Assembly (NCBI RefSeq): GCF_036321535.1
Contig: NC_087436.1
Location: 112,780,001-112,844,000 of the forward strand
Direction: 5' to 3'
Source: Camelus dromedarius
Lineage: Eukaryota
Length of the DNA stretch: 64,000 bases
In this document: positions 38,681 to 51,788 of the stretch, one piece after another
How positions within the stretch are numbered: the first letter of the stretch is position 1
Layout of the letters: each line of letters starts with the position of its first letter
The notes under the pieces: model-generated
Told to the model about the DNA's origin: nothing
The model's database searches: none
What the model saw: the letters and a program-made list of their open reading frames with translations, nothing else
Translations under genes and position numbers: made by a program

Positions 38681-40135
38681 AAACCTGATCATCTCACTCA
38701 ATCTTAAATGCAGATTTAATACTGAGTCCTTCATGTATCAAATGCTCACTGGGCCACGGTTGTTCAGGGTGGAGCATTGTGACAGACACAAAGACAACGG
38801 AGGTCACTATCCTCCAGAGAGACATAAAAACAGATGCATCTGAAACTGGAACAAAGCGAGGCTTCAAGGAGAAGCTGAGCAAAGGGACCGGACATGGAAT
38901 GTTTTGTTGAGAATGGGGAACTGAGAGAAGGCATCTGGAAGGCACGGAGGGTCTCTGGGGACACGAGGTGAGCAAGGCAGTTTGGCGGCAAATGGAATGA
39001 TCTCAACTGCTGGGTTTTAAAATATAAATTTTATTTTGCACTTTTGAGTTTGAACCAGGGGTCATGCAATTAGAACCCTTGCTTTAGATGCTGGCTCTGG
39101 CAGCATTGCAGAACTTAGGCTAGAAAGGAAATGGATCAGAAACTGTTAGAAATCAGCATTTTAACGTGTAAAAATCCTAGAACTTGTGGTTTAATGATTC
39201 TGCTCTCTGTTGTGTTCTTAACCTCAAACACAGCCTCGTGTATTCAAAAGCATGAGTACGCGTTTGACTATACATGGAGAAAAGTTGGCTAATTTGCATG
39301 TAATATAACAAAAGATATTTATTGCCTTTTTCCTTATTTTTTTTGTTTTGTTTAGAGTCTTTTAAGTTATTACTTTTATACTCAGAAAAAAAGCAATTTT
39401 TATTTTCTTTTAAATAAAGCACTTTCTTTTCCACAGAGCTCAAAGTGGCAGCATCTAATTAAGTCCCAGGCCGGTGTGCTGTGAGTGACTGTGTAAATCC
39501 ACTGGTAACCCAGGCAACTGAAAGGCAGTGGACACTATGTTCTGCAAGCCTGGCCTAAGAGATGCCCTTGGCTGGGGCTTCCAGGGTATTAGCCTGAGGA
39601 GCTGGCTGGCCCTGGGACAAACTGTGAATTGGAAGTCAGCTGGGGCCTTTCTCTTCCTTTCTAGGAACCCCAAGCTCTTAGGCCACTTGTCACCCTCCCT
39701 CCCTCCCTCCCTGCTCCTCTCGCCCACACTAGAATAAATCACGCCTTTCAAGTGTTTTATTGAAGTGGAGCATAAATACAGAAAAGTATGACATGTGATG
39801 CTTTTCCTCTTCTCTTGTATCAACCCTGACCTCCTCCAACAAAATTTACATTGAAAGAAAATTAAAGAATCACCCATCCTGTGTTTTCTTCTCTGAATTC
39901 CATTTTATTCACATGTTGATTCTCTCATTAAAACCACATGTGGAATATCCACTCTATCCACACCTGGCTGGCCCCTGGAGCAAACGATGGGCGAGTCTTC
40001 AGAGAAGCCACAGTCCCAGGACGACAAGACAGTGGTGATGGACCACAATGGGGAAATTTATGGGGTGGGGGCAGCACAGGGGCAGTGAACAACCAAGGCC
40101 CTGGGCAGAGGTACCAGGGGACTTGGGAGGTCGCT

Positions 40136-40697
40136 GGGGAGAAAGAAATTTTCCTCTAGCCTTCTAGGTGCTCCTGGCTGGTCTGAGAATGAAACTGACA
40201 TGAAACAGATTAACAGGAGGAAATTAAACACAAGTTTAATAATAACATGCACACATAGCAGAGACCCTGATGAACTAACTCATCAAAATGACCGAAGCCT
40301 TCACCTCAAATGCCACCCTCAGTGGAAGACAAAAGAGGATGCTGGGGGTCACGGTAGGGGATGTCAATGAGGAAAAATGCAATTTCACACGAAGACAGAA
40401 AAGCAAATGTTTGGTCAAGAAGTGTTTGCTGGGCCCTGCAGAGACAGTGGGACACAGAGTGGGCTCTGGTCACTTAGCCCTGCCGAGTCCCCCCCACCGC
40501 ACTGAGCCCACGTTCTTTGCAGATGTCCCTGGTGAGAGCTCTCTTCTGGGGAACAGGCCCTCTATCTGAATTCTTTTAGGCAGTTGAGGGGAAGGTCAAA
40601 GTTTCTTGTTGAGTCTTTGGGGCCTTGATTGTTTTCAGCTTGGAAGAACCCGTATGCCAAAGAGATAATTTGGGGTGGAAAATTTTGCTCCACTACT
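40136..40697. mobile_element. Solo LTR; related fragments at about 30280-30590 and 31825-32400
   Basis: Shared blocks aattttcct..., gattaacagga(g)aaa...aaatttaa and aaa(g)ataatt across the three loci. Confidence 0.6.
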
Positions 40698-42499
40698 AGG
40701 TGATGCTTAAGGTGGGCCTTGAAATCTGACAAGTGGACGGCAGAGCAGGAAGGAAAATCAGTGCAGAGAGAGCAGCACACTGAAGGCCCCGTGGAATGAG
40801 AAAGTAGGACACGTCTGGGTCACGGCAAGCTGCTCGGCTGGATGATGCCCAGCTGGTTACAGCCTCTCTAAGAAGCTGATACCACTCTTATAATTCATAC
40901 CAGAGGCCACATCAGTGAACATCCTACCACATGCCAGGTCCTCTTGGATTTTGTTCCTCTAGTCTTTCTTCCCATAGTCTGTTTACTTAGCCCATTCTGA
41001 GCTTGACCTGGTTCCCAGCCCCACTCACTCCTTGTGTAGCCAGCACCCATGTCATGGTCCCCAGAGTGTCCTGGCTTGGAGGAAGGAACCCACTGTTCCA
41101 CCAGGTGCCTGAGTGTCTGCTGGGCATGGAGCTGGAAGGCATGACAAGTGGTGTTTACAAAAACTGGAGTAGAGGCGCTGCCAGGAGGAGGAAGGAGCCC
41201 TGCACTCAGAGCGGCACATTTCAGGAACGGCTCTGCCCTCGATGGGTAATTCTTTTTCTCCCTGGAGATGTATAGGAAACTCCAGAAAGTGCAAACGCTC
41301 CTACTGCCCCCTTACTGGCTGCAGGGACACCACAGTCTGCAAGTTCTCAGGTCTGAGCCACCCGAGCGTGCTTTAGGTGAGAAAGGAGTGAGGACAGAGG
41401 AGTGCCTGTGACAAGTTTTGGTTTTGTTTTTCTCTTCTGGAAACATCTTGCGTTGGGTCCAACTACCACCCATAGACGATGGATGCGTGTTTATGTGTGT
41501 GTTTATTTCTCACACTCATCAGAGAAAATTCGAACAATACAAAAAGTCAAAAGCCAAACTAGGAATCACTGATTAGACCATTCCCCAGAGATAGCTGCTT
41601 TGCCTTTGGGTTGATTTCCTTTCCTTTCCTTCATGTATAATACGTGTGTATCATACAAACACACGTCTATACTACGTTACCTCTGTATCACAGCTTAGAC
41701 AATTGGATCATACGGTACACAGCTGCATGTCCTATGTCTTACACTTATTGTCGACTGGGTTCTACGCCAGGAAATGTTCTTTGAAAATTTTTCCTTTACA
41801 TTCAGTGAAATGACCTTTTTCTGAGCGTCGACACACACATAGGTTCCTGTTACCATCACACCATAATCAACACCCAGAGCAGTTCTGCCACTTCCCCCAA
41901 ATGCCCTCCCACTGCCCCTTCTTAGTCAGCCCCTCCCCCTGCTCCGACACCGACACTGATCAGTTCTGAACGTCATGAATAGAATCACACAGTATGTGGC
42001 CTTTGGGTCCAGCTTATTTCACTTGGCACCACGCATCTGAGTCTCATCCATGATGTGGCATTCATCCATAGCTGGTAACTTCTGATTGCGCAATAATATT
42101 CCACTATGTGGATATACTAAGATTAACTCATCCATTCACCAGTTGAAGGACGTTTGGGTTGATAATTTACTGTTTGAATGACATTTCATACTACAGCTAT
42201 ACCAAACCATATGCGAAGAGTTCTCTATGACTAGAATTTTTAGACCCCCCATTACGAATAACCAATAATTGAACATCTTTATACAAAATTCTTTGCCTAT
42301 GAAACATATATGTGTACATTTATATAGTATACACATATGTGAAGCTATCAACAAACAGTATGCCCTGCAGTGGTATAGGAAAATATAAAAATATATATAC
42401 AGTTCTACTAGAATTCTCTTATAATATTTGACTGTAAAACAAACTTTCTGGGTCTCAATGCATTGTAGCATTATGAAAAACAAGAAAATAATAACCAGC

Positions 42500-42505
42500 T
42501 TTAAT
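42500..42505 (-). terminator. Candidate BST1 polyadenylation signal (ATTAAA)
   Basis: tttaat on the + strand reads ATTAAA on the minus strand, about 225 nt past the stop. Use is not verified. Confidence 0.35.
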
Positions 42506-42730
42506 TCTAACGCAGCAGTTTTAACCAGTTAAACAGAACTAGATTAATTTCCTTTTTCTGAAATCCTGAGCATGCATATCATTATAAAAGACACACTTTA
42601 GGACACTGTTTTCCCAGCAGGAAGCTTCCTGAGACAATGGAATTGCCTGCTGTGCACAGAACAAGGATGATTGCACAAGGGCAGGGTTCAGGGCCACGGG
42701 CATCTCAGGGCAGCAAAGCTGAGTTTCTAG

Positions 42731-42836
42731 TTACATTTGAGCCACTGAAACTGAAGCCACTAAGAGAGGAAAGACAAAGCTGGCACTTTGTAATCCATAA
42801 GGGGATGGGACTTCTTTTTGAGTAGAGGCTGCTGCC
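42731..42836 (-). CDS. BST1: BST1 last coding exon 9 (106 coding bp, GPI-anchor signal, TAA stop)
   Basis: (S)AAASTQKEVPSPYGLQSASFVFPLLVASVSVAQM*. Acceptor tttaatttgcAG. The hydrophobic C-terminus fits a GPI signal. Confidence 0.94.
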
Positions 42837-45800
42837 CTGCAAATTAAAAAGGAAACAGAAAAAATGTCAGTATTGCGGGATGGCACCTACTTTTGAAAAT
42901 ACCCATGCACACGGCAGAAAAATTTAAATCTCACAGAAAGTTACAAAGTGAAAAGGAAAAGCTTCTTGGCCTCCCTATTTGCACTTTTCACAGAGAATCA
43001 TTCTTGGTAGTCTGAGTTGTCCTCCCAGGAATGTGTACACACTCCCACACACAGGCGCACACACATGCGTACTCACATATCCTCTTATCTGAGCACAAAT
43101 GGAATCTACCACTTGTTTTTTCACCCAGCACCCTATCTTGGACATACTTCCCTATTGGTACACACAGAATTTATTCATTCTTCCTCATGGATGAATTCTG
43201 ATTGGATGGATGTACCAAAAACTTGGCCAAGTTCCTCCCTGATGGACACTGCATCATCAGAGTGTAACTGGTGAGGAAACACTAGTCATAGACACTGAGC
43301 GAGGACCTGGCCAGAGTAGGGACTCTGGTCATAGCAAATGGTCTGATCATCAGATTTTTAAGAACAGAAACTACTGAATTCTTGGAAACCAATTAAAAGG
43401 TGATTTTTTAAAATTATGAAATAATCTGATGTTTTTAATCCCATGACTCCCGACTAGTGGCTCAGGTCCTTGAAAGTTCCTTACTCCTTATGAGTTCTGG
43501 TCACCTCTTTTTTTTTTTTTTTTTTTTTGCTAAAGAAACCTCGAGCAGCCCACAAATTTGTACTAGGGCTCCTCCTGCTGGACATTTCCTGTACTTGCGC
43601 TTCTGATTCAGTTAATGTTCCCAGACCTAGTTCATTCAAAATTGTTTTTGCTTTTAAATAATTCACTAATTAATATGAAGATAATTGTACTTTTTTTTAA
43701 GAAAAGAAAACTATGTAGAACTAAACCCAGTAATAATGAGTCTCCCTTCATCTTTTTCTAGTTCTCACTGTTAGCAATTTGGAGTTATCTTCTCAGAACT
43801 ATTTCTATCATTTACATCCATTATCATGCACAAGTACAAACATAGTCTTGTTTTCTTCTGCTTTACATGTCTGGGTCCCCGTTCTATGCACTGACTTCTC
43901 ACATTTTAACTTCAACTTTTCATGTCCATGTGAGGTTGTGCTTGAGGACAGCGTTTATGCAGAGAAAAATAGTTATTCGCAGTTACTTTGGTTTCTTCTT
44001 TTTTATTGAGGGATGGTCAGTTTACAATGTTGTGTCAATTTCTGGTGTACAGCACGCAGTTACTTTGGTTTTAAAAATTAATTTCAGATATTAAATTTAT
44101 AAGTTCAAAAGCTTGATTTTCCCATACTTTCCATTTGATGTATGAGCAGTATGATAATGAAGCCTAATGAACTTTGATAATAACTTTTGAGGGGGCTTCA
44201 CAATTACTCAAATTCCCTGAATATTTTAAACTCAAGTTATTTTAGGTTACATTGTTTTAAACTTAAGTTTTTAAATATTACATTTTCTTTATATTTTAAA
44301 TGACTTCAGATAAGCAAAACCTTCTCAAATACTTGATTCTAGTAAACCTAATAAATGTATAACATTTCATCTTAATTCTCTTAAACATTCCTGATTTAAA
44401 ACTTGGCAAAATTCTCTTGATAACTTTCCACTAAAAATCTTAAGTCTAAAAATAAGTTATTTAATAGATACACTTATAATGGAATCACAGGGCTAATCCA
44501 AAAGCTAGTCTTACATGCTAAATTCTCTGAAAGGTTGCAAATGAATTAAATAACGACAACAAAAAAGGATCGTCCTGAAACTTATCAGAAAACTATTCAT
44601 AATGTGAGTTGGATTTATATAAAAACTGTTTTTTATTGGATTCTAAACCTTTGAGTAAAAGCCCTTTACCCCCTATTGCTAAGCAAGTGAAATTTGGTGT
44701 CCCACTTCTGTGGCCTAGGGCCAGGACACAGTCAGGGGACACATTCTGGACAGAGGATTTGAGCCAAGATGAGAGATCTGATGTCTTGCCTTGGCCTTGA
44801 CTGACACAGCACATCCTTGTGTGAGTGGCATGAGTATGTTTCCTCATATCCTCATCAATTCTGTAGATTATCAGAATTTTTGGCCAATATTGTAACCTGT
44901 AAGTATATAAAGTTGTTTTCTACATATTTTTCACTGTGATTGTGAGAATTTTGTCCTATTGATGCATGATTATTTCCCCTCCCTCAGCTTTATGGAGATA
45001 TAACTGCCATATACCATTTACCATTGTTTTTAGCGGCTCCACTCTATCCCATGTCATAAGCGTAACCCTTCCATGTAACCATTTAGTTTTCCTTGAATAT
45101 TTAGGTCCAGCTCCCAGTGTCTGCACTTCTGATTCAATACTAAAAAGAACACTTTGGGGAAACACCTGTGACCATGTAGACTGCATCTACATTTTAAATC
45201 ATTTCTTTAGAATAGGGTACCAGGAGTACCCTGGGGTCTGACTTAGATCAAAGATTATGAATAATTTTATAATTCTTGGTACATGTTGTCAAAGTGTTCT
45301 CTCAAAGCATTTTCCCAGTTTACCACGCCAGCAAGCACTGACTAACATCTTTAAAATCTTTTTCAGCTGTTTTTTTGCCGCGGTATGTCAAAGAAGTTGA
45401 GGTGGAAATCGTACCTTATTAAATTTGTATGTCACTCTTATTAGAGCAGTGAAATAATGTTCTATATTTGCCACTGGTGGTCCGTCTTTTGTAAATTATC
45501 TACCAATATTCTTTGCTAAGTTGTTAAAAAGAGATTAGTAAAATTCCTTCCAGGGCAATGAAAGTGGAGAAGAACTTGGCAAAGGGTCAGGGTCCACAGG
45601 ACTGTGGGCAGGAAAGCACAGGGTGTCTTCAGGGAAGCGGATCAAAGCTGGCCTGAAGGGAAAGTTCCTGGTGAGGTGCAGTGGGTGGTGTGTTTAGAAG
45701 GAGGATGAAAAACCCAGAAGGCCAGGCCAGAAGTTTGGACGTGGTAGCCGGGAATTTGAAGGGTTCTGAGCAGCAGGGACAGGAGGGTGGGTTTGATTTT

Positions 45801-48008
45801 TCAGGTGAGAAAAGTAAAGGCCCAGGTCCATAGACTTACTTCATTTTCTGTGAGAAGACTCAAAACAAACAAACAAACAAACAACGCTTGCCTAATTCAC
45901 AGGGAGTGAAGTACAGAGCATGAGAGAGGACTTAACCTCACCAGCCACCCTGAGACACAGCCCAGTGACGGTGGATCTGTCGTCTTAATTTCCAGTCAGA
46001 AGAGCCTTAACGGTTGCCGCTGTGGAATCTGGAAACCTCATAGACTCGCCTCAGACCCCCTCACAGGCCGGGTGGTCTTGGGCAAGGCCTCTATCAGTTT
46101 CTCTGGGCCAGTTTCTTCACCTCTGAAGTGAGGGTAGCAGAAACTGCCCACGTCAGTTCGGACACAGGTCTGGTTGCTGTCGTAATGAGCCCAAGTCCCA
46201 GTCGTCTAGACAAGACGTGTTTATTTCTCTCTCAGTAACTGTCTGGGCTGAGCTGGTGGCTCCAGGGTAGGGGGCATGCAGCTCCCCCTGTGGTGTTGCC
46301 CTGTCATGCCCAGGGAGGGTGGCTCACCTGACAACAGCCAACAGGAGAGGGAACGAACGTGCCTCCCTTTCAAGTCACACACATCACTCGGCCACAGAGG
46401 AAAGGGAGGTGAGGGAGCACTCTGGCTATTCCTGGCAGCCATGAGCCCAACTAACACTCAAGGCTTCTATCACTAAATGAAGAAGGGAAGCAAAACTAGG
46501 CGGGGTCGATGAGCAGCCCCTCCTTCCCCCTCTGTCTCCCACAGACATTTATGGAGCGCCCACTATGTGCCACTGCGATGAAACAAGTAAAGAGGAGACT
46601 GATGCAACCGCCGAGTCGAATGTTGGAGACAGATGGTGACGAATGAGTTGCAACGTGGCTGGGAAGAGGGGAGCACTATAGTCAGGCTGTGGACAAAGTC
46701 CACGGAGCACAGAACAGGGGACTCTTAGATCCGCCTGTGGAATCAGGAAAGCCTTGCAGACGAAGGGACAAGAGGCACTGGGCCCTCAAGGGTACATACG
46801 ATTTTAGCAGATAGGACAGGAAGGGACGAGAACTCAGGCAGCAGCATCAGAGATCTTCCTGCCAATGCAAATCAAAAGAGCAATAAAGCATCATGTTTTA
46901 TCCATAAGACTGACTAAAATTAGGCACAGATACAGGTGCAAGCTCAGGCACAGATGCAGATTCAGATACAGCTGCAGACAGTGCCCAGGGTGGCTGCAGG
47001 AGGGGCGGAGGGAGCCCCCAGCCCACATCACTGGCGGGAGCGCATCCAAGGGGCAGCCTTTCTGAGACATATCAAGACTCAAACTACACACATCCTCTGA
47101 CCCAGCAACTCCCCTTCCGGTAATCCATCCCACACAAATCCTTGCCCAAGGGCTCACGGTATGGAATCAAGGACTGCAGTTCAGCATAGTCTATAATAAC
47201 AAAACAACTGCAACCACAACCTACAGCTAAGTCAGCCTGCGGCTAGAAAACGGTTAAATAAATGGCAAGTGGCTCTCCGACGGGATACTCCGCAGCCACA
47301 AAAAAGACCGAGTCAGAAAGTGTGAACAGACTGAGAAGGATGACATCCTTATACTGCTCAGTGAAAAAAGCCCACAGCAGAAGAGTCTGTCTACAGTGAC
47401 TGCTTTTTGTACAAAAACAAAGGCAAAGGGATAAATGAAAATAAGACCAAACCAAAAATAAATGGATGAACAAACTTACACCTGTGTCTGTGAGTGCACT
47501 GAGGACGTATGGGAGGAGATGGACCAGAATGCTGAAAGAAATTACTTTGAGGAAATGGGAGTAGAGGGAGAAGAAATCATCTCATTCACTGTTGATGGTA
47601 GCTAAATACTGGAAACAATCCAAATGTCCACCTATGGGCAATGAGTTAAATAAATCATATGTACCTATAACAGAATTCCAGAGACACAGCACCAAAACAC
47701 CATTATGTGAAAGAAGAGCGTTGCAGAATCCTATGCAGACTACCACTTATACGAATGGTATAAGAGAAATATGCCTCTGTGTGTGTGTGTGTGTGCGTGT
47801 GTAACAGACACAGAATATTCTAGAAGGATACACAAGAAACTAGAAATCGTGGTTGTCTCTGGGTAAGGAAATCGGGTGACTAGAAATAGAGGAAGAAAGA
47901 TTTTTTTCACTTTCTCTACCCTTTTATAACTTTGAATTTCACCCCATGTCCATGCACTACCTTTTCAAAAACGTTAACATGACTTAAAAATATATTAAGA
48001 TTAAGAAA

Positions 48009-48463
48009 TGTGAAATTGATCAAAGGAAACCTCACCACTAAAATGGAGTCAGGAGGCCAGAAGGGGGAGCCCTCACGCAGGACCACTCACATCAGTTACA
48101 GGAAGAACTGGGTCCTTGCAGACCCCAGCAGAAGAAGCATCAACAGGAATGAATCATCTGTTACAGGCCACAGCAGGAGACATGTACGTGGCATATTCCC
48201 TGAGAAACTGACCACCCCAGCAACTCAGGCAATGGGAAACCGTCGTCGTCGCCCTGAACTCCCGTTTTTCTCTGAAGGACGTTCATTCAAAACACCCCTT
48301 CCCAACCTCCTCCTTTTTCTCTATAAAATAACGTTCCTCTCCTTTGTCTGTTGGACTTGCCTATGGCTTTTGCTATAGCTTGTTTGTCTCGAATTGCAAT
48401 TCCCTGCTCTTCCCAAATAAACCCATTTTTGCTAGTAAAAATTAACTTAGTTTTAAGGTCAAC
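48009..48463 (+). mobile_element. Solo LTR, family B, in BST1 intron 8 (antisense to the gene)
   Basis: TG...CA termini, TATAAA near 48321, AATAAA near 48416. Homologous to 36526-36984. Confidence 0.82.
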
Positions 48464-48767
48464 ATAAATCAATGTTCGAAGGTCCTCTTGCCGCTCCACT
48501 CCCAGACTCTGTGCTGAAGCTAGTGCAGCCTCTGCTCTGCAGTACAGGCAGGGGTTCAGCTTAGCTGCACAGATGTTCAGCACAGCTGTGCCAACCTAGC
48601 AGCTCAGAGCCGGAGGGAAGTGCAGTGCAGAAGTACCAACCTGACTCTGCAGCTGGGCATTTTAGGGGGTGGGCGCAAAATCATATTGCAATTCACCAGT
48701 GTTCTGTAAATAGTAAGGACTGGCTACCTTAGGGAAGCAGGGAAGCTGGGTTAAAACCTTTACTTAC

Positions 48768-48827
48768 GAATTTAAGGCACAGTCCGGGTGAGTGCTGTGA
48801 TCCACGCACTGTAACAGCTTCACTGAT
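48768..48827 (-). CDS. BST1: BST1 coding exon 8 (60 bp)
   Basis: (Q)SVKLLQCVDHSTHPDCALN(S). Acceptor cattttctAG, donor GTaag. Confidence 0.96.
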
Positions 48828-48830
48828 CTA

Positions 48831-48958
48831 GAAAATGAATATGAAAAGGAATATATACATATATACACACACACATACATACATCTGAATCACTATGATT
48901 TACACCAGACATTAACACAACGCTGTAAACAGGCTATACTTCAATAAAAAAAAAGAAA
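48831..48958 (+). mobile_element. Very short L1 3' end abutting the BST1 exon 8 acceptor
   Basis: gaatatgaaaaggaatatat...tacaccagacattaacacaacgctgtaaacaggctatacttcAATAAA plus an A tail. Matches the 3' ends at 9050-9160 and 23520-23625. Confidence 0.88.
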
Positions 48959-51701
48959 GTAAGTAATGTTTAAGAGATTATTTAAATGACTTTCATTCAT
49001 AAAACATTTACAGAGTGCCTGGAAGGTACTGCGGATACAAAGTTTCTGACCTCAAAGAACACACAGTTTTGGTTTTTTACCCCCAAAATATTAGCCAGCA
49101 TTTACTGAGCACTTACTATGTACCAAGAAGTCTAATTAGGTATTTCACACAGATTATGGCATTCAATCTCCACAACCACCAGATGGAGCGGGTACTACTG
49201 TGTCTCCAGTGTACAGCTGAGAAAGCTGCCCTGAAGGACCAGCCCAAGTCCTTACAGTAGCGAGCCAGGGAGCTGAACCTGAACCTCCATGCCAGAGCCC
49301 AAGCGTGGGACCACTTCTGTAAAGATGTACGATTTTGCTTGGAAAAACCTCTTGATAAGAACTTTGGGCAGAAGGTTGGACGTCGGCACATGAGTGATGG
49401 CTGGTGGCCACACTTTAGCAGAGAAAGCTAAGTTGATCTGCACAGTAGACCAAGAAGCTGTGGGGTTCCAGGCAGCCAGGAGAGAAGGGAAAGCAGCAGT
49501 GGGGACAGGGGCCAGGTCGGTGGGCGGCAGGCCAAGAGAGGCTGTCTGGTGGCAGGGCGACCGGAGGGGACTTTGGAAGAACAGGAAACACGTTGTACGG
49601 TCTATGGCTTGTTATCGTGATGCCTTCCTGGGACTCGTCTGCCAACTTTCCAGTCCAGCCTACGCTACTCAGTTTTTTTTGTTTTTGTTTTTTTTCACTA
49701 GAGCAGTTTGTTATTGCTCTGTTATGTCCCCCCACCTCAAAAAAAAAAAAACAAAAACCAGAGTTTCACTGAGTCTGCTTCAACACAGCGCTAAGCAGAA
49801 AGCAACCAGGAGACAAGAGAGGCTCTGGAATAAAGACCTCGCCAAAATGTGTAAGAATCGTGGGGAGAACTTGTGACTGCCACAGGACAGAGGTCAGTGT
49901 CACCTGGATTTTGAGAGGCAGGGGGTTCTCACTCACATCCAGCTCGCAGCTGGATTTGTCACCCTTTGTGGCTCTCCCGTGTAAGCCTGTTGTCACCTCT
50001 TCTGGGATCCAGAGCAACACAGAAGCCCACCTGAACACAGAGAGAGCCCACGGGCAGCACAGAAACGGGACCGGAGGACTGAGCTGGGCGTGCGAGGGAG
50101 GAGCCCTGAAGCCAGCTTTGGTGGAGGCAACCAGAGCCAGAAAAGCAGGCTGAGACCCTGAGGACAGTTGTGAGCCGGAAAGGAGACCCTGGGCTCTGGC
50201 TGGGCCCCACACTTGGCCTGACACCTTATAAAAATACACCCTCCTTGGGGAGTTTCTGGGCCAAAGCAAATCAATCATAACTGTGCTCATAACTTACAGC
50301 CACAATTTTCTCTATCACTGAGCTGTTTTCGAATAAGAACTACCCTTTATCTAATTTACTAAGATCTGGTGCTTGGATTAAGAAAAGAGTCCTGTAGGAG
50401 AAAGAAAAGAGCAAGTTTCAGGGCCACCCAATGCTGGATTCAAAACTCAGCTCTGTCACTGGCTGGTGACCTTGGGAAACTTGCTTAACCTCTCTGACCC
50501 TTAATTTATCCAATCATAAAAAGGGGATGTTTATATAAATCTTAAAAACAGACAAAATGAAACTATGATCCTACACATCTGGAGAGTGTGTGAGGCGGGG
50601 AGCCTGAAAGAGAGGCCAGGGGAGACCAGGTTGCTGGCTGTGCCGTTTCTCGATCTGCACGCTGGGCACGGGTGTATGCACAGTCACGCAACTGTACACT
50701 TATGGTTTCTGCATTTCTGTGTACGTAGGTTATATTTCCAAATAAGAAAATGTGCTCTGCTTTGTTTTTAAGAGGGTGATAACAACACCTAGAGTGTCCT
50801 GAGAGCATTAGCAGGAACAGATGAGTGAAATGGTACAGCTTCAAGCTGTGGAAAAAGAGAACAGCTCAGAGGGGCTGGTTCTCCTGGGGAGGCCTGAGTA
50901 GGGGAGACCCACACTTTCGGGGCTTGGCTCAGGTGGGAGGGTTATCAGGATCCCGGAACTTCTGAGAAGGCAGAAGGCAGCAGAGCCTGTGGGACGGTCA
51001 CAGGTGCTGGACAAGACTGCATATGTAATTTGCACCAGGCCATACCCCACAAATGGAAGTCCTTGCCGGACTGGACTCCAGACCCTGAGGGAGTAAACAG
51101 GCCTGCAGACCTAGGGGCCGACACAGAGAGAAGCAGGTAGTTGCTAGGCGAGGGATTCCCAGCCCCGGGGAGGGCTTTGAACTGTCCCAGGGTTTGAGCC
51201 AAACTTATTTACATTTCCAAGAATCAGGAACGCCTACAAACAATATCTGATTGTAAGTACATAAAGTGCCTGGCCCATAATGTGCTCCTTAAATGGCAGC
51301 TGTGACGATTTTCCTATGGGTCCACAGGCACGATGCATCTGTCTGTATCTCAAACTCCACCTTAGCACCTATGGTGGACAGTGTAGCATCCAAAGATACT
51401 GGAAGCACAGTCTCCGTTCTCAGGTGACTCACCAAGCTGTAAGCAAGCAAGGAGGAAACTAGACACACACAAATGACAAACAGCTGCTGTCTGTCCCCTA
51501 AGACTCCGGACAGAAGTGGGTGGGGGCCAGGCAGAACTCCAGCCAGAAGGCACTCCAGGTCTCCAAACCCAGTGACTACCCAAAAGGCACAGTTCAAGGC
51601 CTTTGGAGCTGATCCCTGAAAAACCCTTTCAACTGCCCTCTGCCCTCCAAAATCACCGCCCCTGCTTTGAATATATGCACAGATTATCATATGCCACCTA
51701 C

Positions 51702-51788
51702 TGGTAATCATTGATACAGCTGTACTGAAAACCCAGCCTCTCCAGTCTCTCCTCCAGGGTTTTCACACTGCCTTCTCCACAGGATTCT
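51702..51788 (-). CDS. BST1: BST1 coding exon 7 (87 bp)
   Basis: (I)ESCGEGSVKTLEERLERLGFQYSCINDY(Q). Acceptor tgtgtttcAG, donor GTagg. Confidence 0.96.

Noticed and set aside
43485..43626. Possible alternative BST1 exon (AG...GTAAG on the minus strand) giving an early stop and a GPI-less form
   Set aside because: The acceptor lacks a polypyrimidine tract, the segment contains a long A run, and there is no transcript evidence.
46920..46985. Degenerate 6-nt periodicity (cagata/cagatg), giving RHRYRC-like translation
   Set aside because: A decayed simple repeat with no sign of function.
49394..50290. Cluster of overlapping 80-174-aa ORFs
   Set aside because: GC-rich intron 7 sequence with no motifs or consistent splice signals.
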